A stretch of DNA of 64,000 nucleotides from NCBI RefSeq assembly GCF_011386835.1, contig NC_088795.1, positions 114,328,001 to 114,392,000 of the forward strand, in the 5' to 3' direction. The position numbers and the translations under genes were made by a program. Below, one piece after another: positions 12,591 to 26,181 of this stretch; within the stretch, counting starts at the first letter, position 1; each line of letters starts with the position of its first letter. Origin of the DNA: Chrysemys picta bellii. Taxonomy: Eukaryota. Under the pieces are notes generated by a model that saw only the letters and a program-made list of their open reading frames with translations, did not search any database and had not been told where the DNA came from.

Positions 12591-14002
12591 AATCTAAAGG
12601 AGAAAACTACCAAGATCAAATATTTGCAGATTTTTCTATGAATATGAAAATGCTCCTATTTCCAAAAAAAAAAAAAAAGTATTAAATGTAATTACTTTTG
12701 AGTGAAAGTGGAGTAGCCTTTGAGCAAAGGTGGCATCTCTCTCCTAAACTGTGCCTTCCTCTCTGTCTCCCATTTGCACTTTTTCCTGCTGCCCCTACAT
12801 ACCTGGAACAGCCTCCCACTTCTAATTCTAATTTCCAATTATAATGACTTTTGTGCTAAACTGATGGCCACAGAAGACATATTTGCAGGTAGAGTGAAGG
12901 AGTAAGTGAAGTAAGCAATCAAAGTAAGGTCAACATAAGAGTTTTATTCTCCATTGGACCCAGGCAGTTTTAGTCACCCATCTCCTATTAATGTTAATGG
13001 GAAATGCACATTTCAAACAGTCAAAAATAGCCAACACATTTGATCTGTTGTTATAACTGGTAAATTAGTATCATTGTTCCAGCAACGTGCATTTACATCT
13101 ACTGTTGGAATAGCAAAAGCTCCTTAAAAATGTATAAACTGACTATGCAGGTTAACTTGTATTTGCCGTTACACAGTGTTGACTCAGAGTTAAATTTAGT
13201 AGCACTCTGCAAAACTAGTGGAAAGTAGAACATTTGTTCGACATCAGAAGCTTACACATGGTTTGAGCTAAATATAAGGATGAGCATTCAGTCACAGCTC
13301 AGGCAAAGTCATAATGCTCAGAATAGTTTCCATGTGGTGGTCAGTCTAACTTAGAAGATCATTTTGTGTTTCATTATAAACTAGAGAAGTTTGTGGGGAA
13401 AGTGTGGACTTTGTGGAGTGTAGAATAAGATACGGAAAGACAGAAAACAAAACATTGTGCATGCTCTTTATGGACCCACTCCAGCTATCATTGAATTCAA
13501 TGGGAGTCTTTCTATTGACTTTAATGGGTGTTGAGTTGAATGCTATGGATCCGGTTCTCTGAATTGCTAAGCATCTTCTGTGAGTTGACGAGTTCCTTCA
13601 ATTCCCATTCAAATCAGCATCTTGTATGATACCCAATGTCTCTACATTTCCTTATATACCTGAACCAGAAACTGACAATAATAATGACTTACAGATTTAT
13701 AGATTCTTTCACTCAGAGGAATCTCAAAACTCTTTACAAACCGGGGGTTGGATTTTCAAACTTAGGCATGTGCGATTGTTTGTGTGTGTGCCTTTTCATC
13801 TGTGTGTGCCTAATTTACACACACAAATACCCAGTGCACTCATGCAAATCACGTGCTTGGGTGTGACCAGTTAACTTGCCTAACCAGCAATGTTCCCCGT
13901 GCAAATAGCTGATTTGCATGCACACATTAGGTATATGTTAAGCATGCACATTTATGAGTGTAACTGCATGCTCCTAAACTGAGGAATGACACAACTATAT
14001 AT

Positions 14003-15344
14003 GACACAAGGAGGCCCTTGAAGAATTCCACCTGGATTTCAACAATTTCCACCCCACCATCAGCCTCAGCCTGGACCAGTCCACACAAGAGATCCACTTC
14101 CTGGACACTACAGTGCAAATGAGTGATGGTCACATAAACACCACCGTATACCAGAAACCTACTGACCGCTATACTTACCTACATGCCTCCAGCTTCCATC
14201 CAGGACAAATCACATGATCCATTGTCTACAGCCAAGTCCTAAGATACAACTGAATTTGCTCCAATCCCTCAGACAGAGACAAACATCTAAAAAGATCTTT
14301 ATCAAGCATTCTTAAAACTACAATACCCACACGCGGAAGTGAGGAAACAGATTGACAGAGCGAGACGGGTACCCAGAAATCACCTACTACAGAACAAGCC
14401 CAACAAGGAAAATAACAGAACACCACTGGCCATCGCGTACAGCCCCCAGCTAAAACATCTCCAGCACATTATCAACGATCTACAACCTATCCTGGAAAAT
14501 GATCCCTCACTCTCACAGACCTTTAGAAACAGGCCAGTCCTTGTTTACAGACAGCCCCCCAACCTGAAGCAAATACTCACCAGCAACTATACACCACACC
14601 ACAGAAACACTAACCCAGGAACCAATCCCTGTAGCAAACTCTGTTGCCTAATCTGTCCCCATATCTACTCTAGCGACACCATCAGAGGACCCAACCACAT
14701 CAGCCACACCATCAAGGGCTCATTCACCTGCACGTCTACTAATGTTATATATGCCATCATGTGCCAGCAATGCCCCTCTGCCATGTACATTGGCCAAACG
14801 GGACAGTCCCTACGTAAAAGAATAAATGGACACAAATCAGACATCAGGAATGGTAACATACAAAAGCCAGTAGGAGAACACTTCAATCTCCCTGGACATT
14901 CTATAACAGATTTAAAAGTAGCTATACTTGAGCAAAAAAACTTCAGAAACAGACTTCAAAGAGAAACAGCAGAACTAAAATTCATTTGCAAATTTAACAC
15001 CATTAATTTGGGCTTGAATAGGGACTGGGAGTGGCTGGCTCATTACAAAAGCAGCTTTGCCTCTCCTGGAATTGACACCTCTTCATCTATTATTGGGAGT
15101 GGACTACATCCACCCTGATCGAATTGGCCCTGTCAACACTGGTTCTCCACTTGTGAGGTAACTCCCTTCTCTTCATGTGTCATTATATAATGCTTGCATC
15201 TGTAATTTTCACTCCATGCATCTGAAGAAGTGAGGTTTTTTTACCCACAAAAGCTTATGCCCAAATAAATCTGTTAGTCTTTAAGGTGCCACTGGACTCC
15301 TTGTTGTTTTTGTGGATACAGACTAGTACGGCTACCCCCTGATA
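14003..15344 (+). mobile_element. 5'-truncated Penelope-like retroelement (RT C-terminus, linker, GIY-YIG endonuclease, pLTR)
   Basis: Translates as EEFHLDFNNFHPTI...IHFLDTTV...KPTDRYTYLHASSFHP, followed by the GIY-YIG region; 3' end ttagtctttaaggtgccactggactcc...ggctaccccctgata. Confidence 0.92.
14339..15118 (+). pseudogene. Open 3' part of the Penelope ORF: Cys/His linker plus GIY-YIG endonuclease
   Basis: CSKLCCLICPH linker; VIYAIMCQQCPSAMYIGQTGQSLRKRINGHKSDI motif; upstream RT part has in-frame TGA stops and a frameshift near 14290. Confidence 0.9.
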
Positions 15345-16636
15345 TTTAACTATATATTTATAACCTATATCCTTCCTCATGCCCAAGCCTGCCCTGATGC
15401 ATGAAATACTCTGAAATGTTTGTCAGGTCCTTCATTTACATAAGTTCTTCTGGGTAGACAGCATCTCACGTGTTTTCTGTGATGAGCTAAGTATATGCAT
15501 AAGTATGGTAAAAACCACAGTATCTACAAGGTCAGCCCATTGTGCATGGAGAGTGCACATTCTGCTCCATCCATTAGAATGCAGCAGATTGCTCCTCCAC
15601 TATATCACCTTGTTTCATGGACTGGTGTGGAGGGGAATTTTTGGGACATGGCCTCACTTCCTCTCTGCCCCCTTCATGGAGAATTTGTTTGCCAGAGAGA
15701 TCGGCGGCTGAGGACTACTATTATCAGTGACCTTTGCATTGACCATGCAGTGGAGGGCTCCTTTCATAGTTCTCCCTCTGGGCAGCCACAAAAGAACTGC
15801 TCTAGATCATATGTTTAGTTTGGGGTCAGGTTTTGTAAAAAGAAAAACAAAATGTTTGCATTTGGATTGCAACATGAAGAGTTTTCTCCACTCGGTTTGG
15901 AAGGGTCTGTTTGACAAAGTGCATAGGTGGGTGTGAATGAATCAATGGATCTTCAATGAAGCCCACTTCTGCTGCTAATGTCATTTCTTTGCATTTAGGG
16001 CAATTTTTACATAGACTGTTCTCCTGGTACCTGTGTATTTAAAGCCGCAAGTAGCTTTAAAGGCATTAAAGAATGAAATGAGTTCAGCTGCAAATGTTAT
16101 TTGAAAAGGAATGATCATTACTGTCTAGGTACAGTACATCTCTGATATATTATGAGAATGCCTGCAGCCCTTTCATATTTGTTATTTAGCAGATGACTTG
16201 CTGACATCTGTATCTGCACAATTTACTATGAATAATTTAAACCACAAAGAGCAGAAAGTGTGACTGAATAAAAGGCCAAAAATGCTTGAAAATGCTTTCA
16301 TGATCCTTTGCTTGCTTAAAATTTGGAGATCAAACACACAAACAAAAAAATGCAGTTTAGAATTACTGCATACTATACAAGGAACCAGCAGAGAAATGCA
16401 GAGTGAGCTCATTGGATATATCAACTTAAAATACTGTATCTCTTTGTAGTCAGTCATGAAAAAGATGTAGACTTAATAAGGAAATATTAAACATTTATCT
16501 TGGATGTTTGACTTATCTTCACAGGATCATTTTGTAAGCAGTTTGTGTTACTGGAGAGACTTCATCTCACCACTGTGCACAAATTACTTGTCACTCAGAT
16601 GTTAATGCTGTTGTTTGTGTTTGTTTTTCCAATCAG

Positions 16637-16688
16637 CCTCATAGGGCAAGCTAGGCAACTGAAAGATTCCTGGGGAACTTTGAAGCAT
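16637..16688 (+). CDS. Putative exon D (52 nt, phase 2-0; LIGQARQLKDSWGTLKH)
   Basis: Long pyrimidine/GT tract ending ttttccaatcag; donor CAT|gttagt; only phase 2 is open, matching the 4545 donor of exon C. Confidence 0.55.
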
Positions 16689-16799
16689 GTTAGTTCAGCT
16701 ACTGGAATTGGATAGTCAATGTTAGGGCTCTAATGATAAATTAAGAGGATTGGATAATTTTGTGATAAGTACTATTCTGAGTTATATATGTATCTTGCT

Positions 16800-16945
16800 G
16801 TTACAGGGCATAAGCTAATTGCCTATGGGGGCTAAGAAGGAATTTCTTCCATCTCCTCTGTACAGCATCATCTACCGATGGCAGCTTATGGCAGGATACC
16901 GGGATCAAAGGACCAATATCCTGGGCCACTGTGGCAAATACTATC
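16800..16945 (+). mobile_element. Old CR1 3' end fragment
   Basis: aagaaggaatttcttcc...caggataccgggatcaaaggaccaatatcctgggccactgtggcaaatactat. Confidence 0.45.
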
Positions 16946-17308
16946 TATCTTCCTCACATATGAACATAATATTCAGTGCTATGAAATTAGTTGTCTGGGC
17001 AGGTGTATTTTCTGCATAGTAATCAACAAAAACAGAGCGTTGTGGGACAGCATCTGGCTGTGGGGGGTTATCAACACAGTGAACAATTATAATGCCAGAA
17101 GAGCTAGACTGTACAACCTTACTCATGGTAGTGAGCAGCCATTCACAAAAGCGGCCTCATTGATGTCAGTGGGATTTTTCATGTGAGCCAGTGAGTGAGG
17201 TTCGCACATCTATCCCTTAATAAGCAAAGGGCTTTGTTCTCATCACAGCGCAGAGGGTTTTTCACCTGTTCAGCTCTTAGCCACACAACATCCACTAGAA
17301 GGGCTATC

Positions 17309-17541
17309 TGAAGCTAGGCAAATTCAGACAGGAAATAAGGTGTACATTGCTGACAGTGGGAGTAATTAACCATTGGAGCAATTTACCCAGGGGCATGGTG
17401 GACTCTCCTTCACTGGCAATTTTTAAATCAAGATTGGCTGTTTTTCTAAAAGATGTGCTCTAGGAATTATTCTGGGGAAGTTCTATGGCCTGAGTTATAC
17501 TGGAAGGCAGACTGAATAATCACAATGGTCTCTTCTGGCCT
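17309..17541 (+). mobile_element. CR1 LINE 3' end
   Basis: ctgaagctaggcaaattcagacaggaaataagg...taaccattggagcaatttacccagg...tggccttggagttcgtgaatctatgaa tail. Confidence 0.8.
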
Positions 17542-20500
17542 TGGAGTTCGTGAATCTATGAAACTCCAATTTTCAGTGGGCATTTGTTTGAATAGGAACT
17601 GAGTAAAAACAGAGGGCTCCATTGTCCCTTCTGCTGTATGTCTTTGCAGAAAGGGAGCTTGTGCCCTCAGAAGGGAGAGTTTAACCTCTGTAGATTGGTT
17701 TCCTTTTCCTTCCTGATCATGGGCTTCAAAGGTCTGTAGGGAGCACAGTGTGTAGGGATACGGCTAGGCTCCTCAGAAATCTTACCTGGGCCAAAAAATG
17801 GGAACAGCAGGCAGAAATGCTGCAGAATCCTGCCTTGTTGGGTAGGGGGTCTGGGGCTTACCATCCTGTAGGAGCTGGGCTCTCCAAGCCTGGTGGGAGT
17901 TGGAGGAGGGGGGCAGACCATGAAAAGATGCAAAGGTGTATCCTTGTGGATTATACATGACTCCTATGGATTTTGAGAGAGCATTGCATTCTGGAAATGG
18001 GACCCCTAAGCTGTTGGGTTTTGGAGGAGCAAATCCTGCCCCCCAGTGGCAAAATGAATGGGAAAATCAGAGTTGAAACTCACATAATTTCCCTTCTCCT
18101 ATGTTTGGTATTCCTGGGGAGGTAGGAGACGGGGAAGGTTTGGGTCTAAACAGTGGGGAAACACTATCATTCTATTCCGTTATTTCCAACGCACTATTAC
18201 AATTGTATTTTAAAATATTTTTACTGAAGTTCGGATTGCTTCATCTGTACAATAATTATTATTATTATTTGTTTTTTATGTTATGGTAGCACCCAGAGAT
18301 GGTTAATATATTGGTTAAAAATAGCTTGCAGTGACATGTTTAAACTCTGGCAAGACACAGATATGGTGTCACTATTGACGTTTCTTTAGCACAAATCATT
18401 AAGGTCTAAATATTGAAAGAAAAGTATTAAAAGATACACCCCCCTCCAGGGGAGCCTCCCACTTGAGCAATGACTGTCTTCTTAAGAAATCATAGAATGT
18501 GCTATGCTGCAAAAACAGAGTTAACAAACATGCATTCCAACACTGAATGGCTGTTTGGGCCAAACATGTTGTATTCACTATTTGCCAACATTCCCACAAA
18601 TAGTTTTTGTTCACACCAATGTTCATGGAAAAGCTGTTCTTCCTGGGCCTGATCCAAGTCCCATTGGAGTAAATGAGTTTCTATTAACTCTAAAGACTGC
18701 CATTGAACTTAGTGGGCTTTGGATCAGGCCCCGTGCATCTAGTTCTGTTTGCATGTGAATGAATGTATTCATGTGCGAACAAGTGTATTTTCTAGTGGCA
18801 ATTTACCACCTTGAGCAAGTGGCATCCTCCAGTCTAGGCCTCAGTTTCCCCATCTCTAGAACATTGATTGTGATATTTACCCTTCTTTGCAAACAGCTTG
18901 GTGATCCTTGGATAAAAAGTGCTATGTAAGAGCAAAGTAACATTATTAATTACTAATAATTCTCATTTAAAATAAATCAGTCTTCCAGTCAGGGAACAGA
19001 AACAGTACCATGTGACCAGTCAGACCACAAATAATGAATAGTCAAACTGAACAGTTTGTGAACAACCCTTAGGCTGAAATTTGTTTGCATGAGCTGTCAA
19101 ACTATTATGAATAGTATCAACAGATCTAATACATTTAAATCTGATATTTAAAAATGGATATTATCACGGAACTTGGGAAACTGGCTTGAAACCCCATCCT
19201 GTTTTGTGTTTGCTACTTCGTGTGTCACAATTTTTTAATTAATTTGATCATAGTGCCTTATACCTCTTACTGGAACTATAATCTATTTACCAGAGCTGCT
19301 GTTCTATTTCAAAAGATGTCAGAATAGGATTCCCCATCTATTCAGTGGAAAGTCAGCTATCCCACAGAGCCATTCTTTAATCAATTCTAAGAGGGCCTTC
19401 CATAGAGAGCTAAAAGTGCTCTTGACTTTATTATAATACATTTCTTCACCCCTGTTGAACAAATTGAGTCAAAAGGTCACCTTAATAGCCTATGGAAGGA
19501 TTTTTAATTTTTTGTGGAAATTTACAAAATCTGCAAGTTGGAGTATTGTTAGTGATGTATACTTCAAACAATAAGCACCAAAATGTTATAGAGACGGACA
19601 TTTCCATATTCTTGAATTTCAATAATTTTCTTGCCCGACAGTCTCTGACCTTTAAGTCACTGCTGCAAGGGCAGATCAGAATTCCCTAACAGTTAGAGTT
19701 CTGGTCAAGCCACTAGCCACATATTTCTGTGGCTATAATTGAGTGCACTACAACTTGGCAAAATAGGCACCATATCTGACGAATCTGATGCATACAACTA
19801 TGACTGCAGAGCCAGTGACGTCTGCTATTAAAATGCCAAAAGGAACTTTTCTTCTGAAGATAAAAATGCCACCCCAGAGACAGCAGGCCACTGCTTGGGG
19901 CTATGCTGCTTAAGTAGCCTACTGTGACCCAAGACTGATTCAGCTGACCAAATAAGAGGGCTTCAGGGAGCTAATCAAAGACCTCCCTTGCCCTTCACTT
20001 AGGTGGCAGAAACTTTGAGTCCCTCTGCAAGGCGTCTACTGTAACTGGCAAGTTTTGGATCCGAATGAAACTGGTACACCTCCAACCACTGTAGGTCAGC
20101 CTCCACCCTCTATTCAATTCCTGGCCCACTGTCTTGCAGGAAGCCATAGGCTTCTCTCAGTGTCCTTCCTTTTGCCAATCTGAGCAAGTGGTGCCTCAGC
20201 TGCTGAGCCACGCATTCATTGGAAGTTATAATGATTTTTATAAAGCAAGGGCAATTAAACATGTTGAAACCCTTCCTGTAAAATGGCAGCAGTGTTTGAA
20301 AGGCATAGTTTGAAGCTAAGGTGTTACATGCTACACAGTGTGTTGCTAAACACAGAACAATAATTCCTAAAAATAAATAACTTGCCTTTCACAGGACTTG
20401 ATCCCGATTTGTGTAGAACTCCCCCGGTGTGAACTGTGGCAATTGAGCACTTCTCAGGATCCCCTCTGCACCTCGCAGGATTAGGCCCTTCATCTTTTTC

Positions 20501-22344
20501 CAAGACTAAAAACCAGAGAATTTATATTATGCATAGCAAACAGTAACACTTTATTTGGGACCTGGTTTTGTTTTATTACAGAGTACAAAAAAACCCATTC
20601 TTTTAAAAGAGCAAGAACTCTGTTTTACGTTATAGCTTCGTTATAATACATTTGGCTGTCCCTCTGGAGAACTAATCCAGATTCACCAGCATCCCAAAAC
20701 TCACTGCCCAGCTAAAAGATTGATGTGAGTCACATTTGGCGGGAGTGTGAGGGGGGTGAATAATGGTTATGGCCTGAGAACTTCAATACCAGGTTGGAAC
20801 AACATTTATGGTTGATTTACAAACACTTAAAACATACAGTGGAAACGCCAGTGTAATTTTGACTACCAAGGCACCTTTGTAAGAGTTCCCTTTTAATTAT
20901 CATGCCTAGAATTTAGTGCTTTTTAATAAACTGGGAGAGCTCTTACATTTTGGGATAGGAAAAGAAAAGAATGTACTTTATGTCACTGCTCTGCAAATGA
21001 CCAGCATTCCACACTGACTTAGATGACAATAAGAAAACGACCAAAATATACCCGTTTATTGTTATCTCATTGGTATGTGCAAAGATGCCACCAAAGATGC
21101 CTAACTTCTCTCTGTGTCACAGGATGGTCCCTGTTGTATTCCTTACTAAGCAATGCTTACTGCTAAAGCCCATGCCAAGATCTGACTCTACTATTAAGCC
21201 CACAGAGAGCCTGGATTCCCTGCTGTGGGTTGTGCTCATTGTTGACATGCTTGGAAATCAACACAGAGCTGCGAGTCCATACTTCTAATACAGAAAGTTA
21301 AGGTTAAGATCAGCTTCCTGTTTAAAGCTCAACTGTTCTAAAAGCTGTAAAATCCTTACGGTTAATCAAACTGCCTTGGCGTGCCTCATGGGGACATGGG
21401 GTAGTCAGTGAGCCAGATTTTGGGTCCCTTTGGCCAAGGGAAACAGCACCTGGGCAAAAAACCCAGCTTTTCTTAAAGTTGACAAATTTTGGCATCATAT
21501 TTTGCTGACAGACAGAGATCAAACCAGAGCTCAGGTCATCACACCAGGATCTCAAATGTTCAAGAGTTACCCCAACAGAGTGCATGGCACCCGCCAGCCC
21601 TCTGGGGGAAATCAAACTAAAACGTTATTTGAAATAGAGTTTGCTTCTCCTGTTAGGTACATTAAGGGTGGCTCACGTGCCTAATGGATTACTCTGAGCA
21701 TGTGCAGCGTAAGGGGCCAACTATCTGGAAAACTATTTCTACATCATAGTTGCTGGATGGCTCCTAGGGTGTACTATAATCATCCGCTCTGTACCTGGCA
21801 TTAAATGCACAGACTGCTTTCATATCCCACTGCACTACTGATAGTACCTATGGCAAGAAAATCCTAGTGACCTGTTAATGACACAACCAACACAATTGAA
21901 GTGGTGCGGACTGGAACCTTATGGTACACATGCACCTCTTTCCTTTGATAACGCACATGGGGGGCTCAGACCTAGATCTCTTCATGTCATAATCGCAACT
22001 CTTCCAAGCTGCTCCACTTTATTCCTTCACCATTCAGTACAGCTATGTCTACCACAGTGAATGCAGCTAGAGTGCATGCAGATTATTCCCAGTGGCTATT
22101 GCCATCTCCAGGGGTCAGAGTTGGTTGCCAGGGGGGTTACCTTAACTCTGTATTTTCTGGTTTTTCAAAAGTTTTGAGTTTTGCTGATCTCAGCATTCTG
22201 GAAGTGTACCAGCTATCCCTGGGCAACCTTAGCTCTTAGTTACTATGATTTTTGCCATTTAATATGTATATTTTGAATCAGGGAGTTGTATTTTAGAATC
22301 CTGGTTTGCTTGTACTGCACACTGGGTTTTCTGTGGCATAGCAG

Positions 22345-22431
22345 GTGAATGTACAGTATGTGAGAGCAGAAGAGTATCATCTGGAAGGAGAAATACCTTT
22401 AGCTGGAAGGTTTACAATAGCAGATGCTCAG
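22345..22431 (+). CDS. Putative exon E (87 nt; phase 0 VNVQYVRAEEYHLEGEIPLAGRFTIADAQ)
   Basis: Acceptor ttttctgtggcatagcag; strong donor CAG|gtaaga; continues the frame of exon D; also open in phase 1. Confidence 0.6.
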
Positions 22432-24046
22432 GTAAGATGAAAGAGTGTTTGCATCTTTCGCTGAGGAAGAAAATTGGTGGCAGTTGCAGGAAAAAAGTTA
22501 GCTTTTGTGATACCATAGGTGGGGAATTGGACAACTATTCTGATGGTTATGGATGTGTAATTACTGTGCTTTACTTACTGGTTAGCCTGGTAAATTATGA
22601 ATCTTTAGTAAGATGAATAACGTTTTAGCCTAAGGATGGACAAAGTGGCTTGGATGAAATGTGATCCTCTTCTAAGTACCTCCCCAAATCTTTGCCCTAA
22701 AGTTGAACTGAACTTGATTTTTTTTAATTACCCCTCCCTTTTTCCCAAACACACACTTCTCACTGGATGACAGGTCTTTTAGAAGGTTCACTGGTTAGCT
22801 GACCTTTCCAATATCCAATGTCTTCCAGTCCCCTCAACCCTTCCATATCTCTTCCTTTCAGGAAAACAACAGGAATGGACAATGGGAAATGTTGCTTCCC
22901 CCGCTCCACCATTGAGAAAAGAACCCTGAGTATCCACTGCTTGTTAGGTGTGAGGTAGACTGGTTTATTATTAGCATGTCTTTACTGGGGGTAGTATCAT
23001 ATAATGCAGGGATAGTCAATTATTTTTTGTCAAGGTTCAAAAATCTTGGTCAGATATAGTCACGGTCCAGACTCCAGAGAAACATTTTTCACATCTCAAT
23101 AAGAATAATGATAATAATAAGTAAATAAAAAAAAATTCACAGTCCATTCAAAAGCATCTGGCAGTCTGGATTTGGCCTGCGGTCTGCCTACTGACTACCC
23201 CTGATGAAATGCATCTGTAGAACACAATGCTTTGGAAATTTGGTCTGATAACCACACAGCTACAAGGGCTATGATGAAACCGAGCTTCTGTTAGAACTGT
23301 GGCGCAAGGTAATAGTACTCTTAATATCTGAAGCTGATATACTTGAGGTCTCTTGTCAGCAAATAGGTGGAAAAACTTCAAACATATCATCCTCTGCAAC
23401 AATGAAAACTAACCTGATCTAGGCCAGAGTCACCTAGCAGACATAGATGCCATTCAGTTGTACTCAACAGTCCAGACCAGCAACTTGCAGCTATTTAGCA
23501 ATGCAGTGCTCTAGACCCAAAAGGGTAGGAAAATGTGATATGTGATAGAACAGCTGCTGCTAATAATAATGCAAATAGGGAACCAAAACTTTGTTTTTAA
23601 AAAGTAGCTAGTCCACCTGGCTATGCTACCTTTTCCATGCCTGCTTTGATCTCACACCAGACTATATCAGGAGTCATAGAGCTGTACAAGTGTTAAATCA
23701 GTATAAAATCAGAATCAGGCTGCATTTGTTTGTGAGAGCAAACAGAAAGTGCCCTAAATCTCATATTTATATTTGTCACTCTTTTTTGCAATCAGTATAT
23801 TTTTAAAAATGTCTGTTGAGTGGGAAGGGGAAGACAACTGGGAAAAACAGACTTGCAAATTAGAACAATCTCTGATCTATCTTGTGATGATTTAATATAG
23901 CATAAGGCTCTAAAAGACCGTTGCCAATTCTTGAAGGGGTGATTGAGGAAAAATGTGAGAACACATGGAAATGAGTAACATATTGCTTTGTTTCATAGTA
24001 ACTTATTCACTTAGCAAGCAGACTTCTAGCAATCTTTATTTGCAAG

Positions 24047-24153
24047 GAATCTCTGTTCACTGCAGACAGTGTAAGGGCTGTGAAGTACCAGCAGCAAAAC
24101 ATACGGATCCTGATACTTTTACTCATGTTGCAATCAATGGGGCTATGCCAGGA
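24047..24153 (+). CDS. Putative exon F (107 nt; reading frame ambiguous)
   Basis: Acceptor ctttatttgcaag; donor GGA|gtaagg; phase 0 gives ESLFTADSVRAVKYQQQNIRILILLLMLQSMGLCQ, phase 1 gives GISVHCRQCKGCEVPAAKHTDPDTFTHVAINGAMPG. Confidence 0.4.
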
Positions 24154-25009
24154 GTAAGGTGATACTCGATTTCAACAAGGATGTCAGAATCTGGCCTATA
24201 TTGTGTGAGCCGCAGGAAAGATTGTGGATAATTTTTCATGACATTTCTCACAACTTCTTCTGCAAATTTGATTTTGCTTATAAATCTAATTTATCTGTTA
24301 AAATTGTGTCTGGCAGGTCCTTGCTTGGTCGGTCCTCCGCTAGTCTCTTATGCTTTTTTAATTTCATTATGCCTTACAAATATTGAAAGTACCATTCAAG
24401 GAACATACTTCAGTATAATGGATAAGAAGGTCAACCCCCCCCCCCCTTTTCTTGGGGATGAACACAGCCAATTTCATTTTTCTGCAGATTTGCCCTAAAA
24501 TGAGTCTCTTTAGCTGCTGGTCTTTGTCCTGTCCAGAATGAAAATACCACAAAAATGGTCCAAGATACTGAGACTTATGGAAGTGATCTTGCAGTTCTGA
24601 CTTATTCTTATAGACTATTCTAGTATGTTGTTTATAAAATATGGGCAGCCAGAATTATTTTTAGTGATAGGTGAACATATTTTGCCTGAATGCAGTTAGG
24701 CCTCATAGTTTCTAAATTGGGCCACATATTTGAGATTTTCCGGACTCCTTACATTTTCCTAATCTTGACAAAGTGTGCACCTAATTCTTGGATGAAAACT
24801 TGTGTTTTTCTTCCTGGTTCAAAGCACAAGTTTCCTCCTGGAGTGAAATGACAATTTGTCCTTCTTTTTGAAATAGAAGTTATCTGAGAACTGCTTGCTC
24901 ATGAGAGTTCTAGTCTACATAAGTTCTCAACTTGGATGACAAAAATTGTACTGAAAGTATCTGGAAGGAAAGAGAAAAAAGAGGAAGATGGCCTAAAAAA
25001 CCTTTGATA

Positions 25010-25010
<1 letters not shown>

Positions 25011-25052
<42 letters not shown>
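25011..25052. repeat. (CT)5(CA)16 compound microsatellite
   Basis: Seen directly. Confidence 0.97.
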
Positions 25053-25053
<1 letters not shown>

Positions 25054-26072
25054 CAAAAGGCAGAGGGAGGAAAAGGAGAAGAAACAGCCTTTATTAAACA
25101 CAGGTGTTGTGGACATGGACCAGAAAGGAGGACATTATTAAACACAGGGGTAGTTTAAAAAGTTACAAGGCTATGAAAAAAATCCTTTCCAATTAAAATA
25201 AAAAGGATTTTAGGAGTTCTGAAACAGAGCTGGGGGTGGCAGTGCCAGAATCTTTCCTTTTTTAAAACTTTTAAAAAAGGCATGTAATGTTGCATTAGGC
25301 ACCCCTTGTTCCACCATTATGTAGGACAAACACATAAAACAAGGCTATAGTGTCCTGCCATTCTCTGTGCTGCACTTGCCTGTCTTAATATCTACAGAAC
25401 CCTGTTATCACGGTTAATGATCATCTGATGCTTTGAAATTGAACAGCAGCGTATAATTGGTTATTATTACAAGTGTCCGACTCTAAAAATCTTTGGAAAG
25501 GATCATGTGGCTTCCAATTGTGGGTGGCCATGTACTAATGCCATCTCTTGTACTGTTTCTGCCAGCTGATGCCCTGGAGAGTAACAGAGTTGCAACTAAT
25601 AAGTTAGCAATTTGCTTGGCTAATAAGAGAGTGCACTTAAGCAATTTCTATGATTTGGGTGGAGGTTCCACTACACATTTGCAGTGCCACCTGTTTTCCC
25701 TGCCGTTTGCTGCTGTGCGGTGGGAAGAAGGGGTTCAGTTAATGACACCCACTTGTGCCATCATTGCTTTTGGGGGGTGCCTTCTCTAAAAAGGGTTTGT
25801 GCTGCTGTTGTGATGTTTGGTGTGTCATCCTCACCCAGGACAAAGGGTGTCAAAGGTTGTAAAAATGTAATGGCTCTTCCCATTGACAAAATGACTCCCA
25901 AATTAGGACCTGACTAATAAAGAAATGTCTGGTGATGCTGTGCGTTCCCCACCACATCATCTGTGTGATGTATTGTAATAAAATTGATTCTTGATGTGAC
26001 CCCTGCACATATTTTGTTACCCACTGTTCAGTGTGTGATACGCATCCCTCTCTGTGTCCGATTCACAGAGGA

Positions 26073-26181
26073 TGTGACTCTGTTATGGCCCGCAGCTACA
26101 GAAACTGGCTCGTTAGTTCAAGCTATAGAGACTCAAGCTTTTAACTCTGGAGGTCCCCAGAGTTCAACATTTGGTGTCAGC
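26073..26181 (+). mobile_element. Short LTR-like unit with tRNA-like A/B-box segment
   Basis: tgtga...tcaca termini; gttagttcaagctatagagactcaagc...ggaggtccccagagttcaac resembles the LTR at 39826-40026. Confidence 0.45.

Noticed and set aside
25440-26060. Possible decayed retroviral RT on the minus strand (ILLQYI..DD, LGVILS)
   Set aside because: The YxDD motif needs an assumed 5-nt insertion and the motif spacing is too short; not supportable without a profile search
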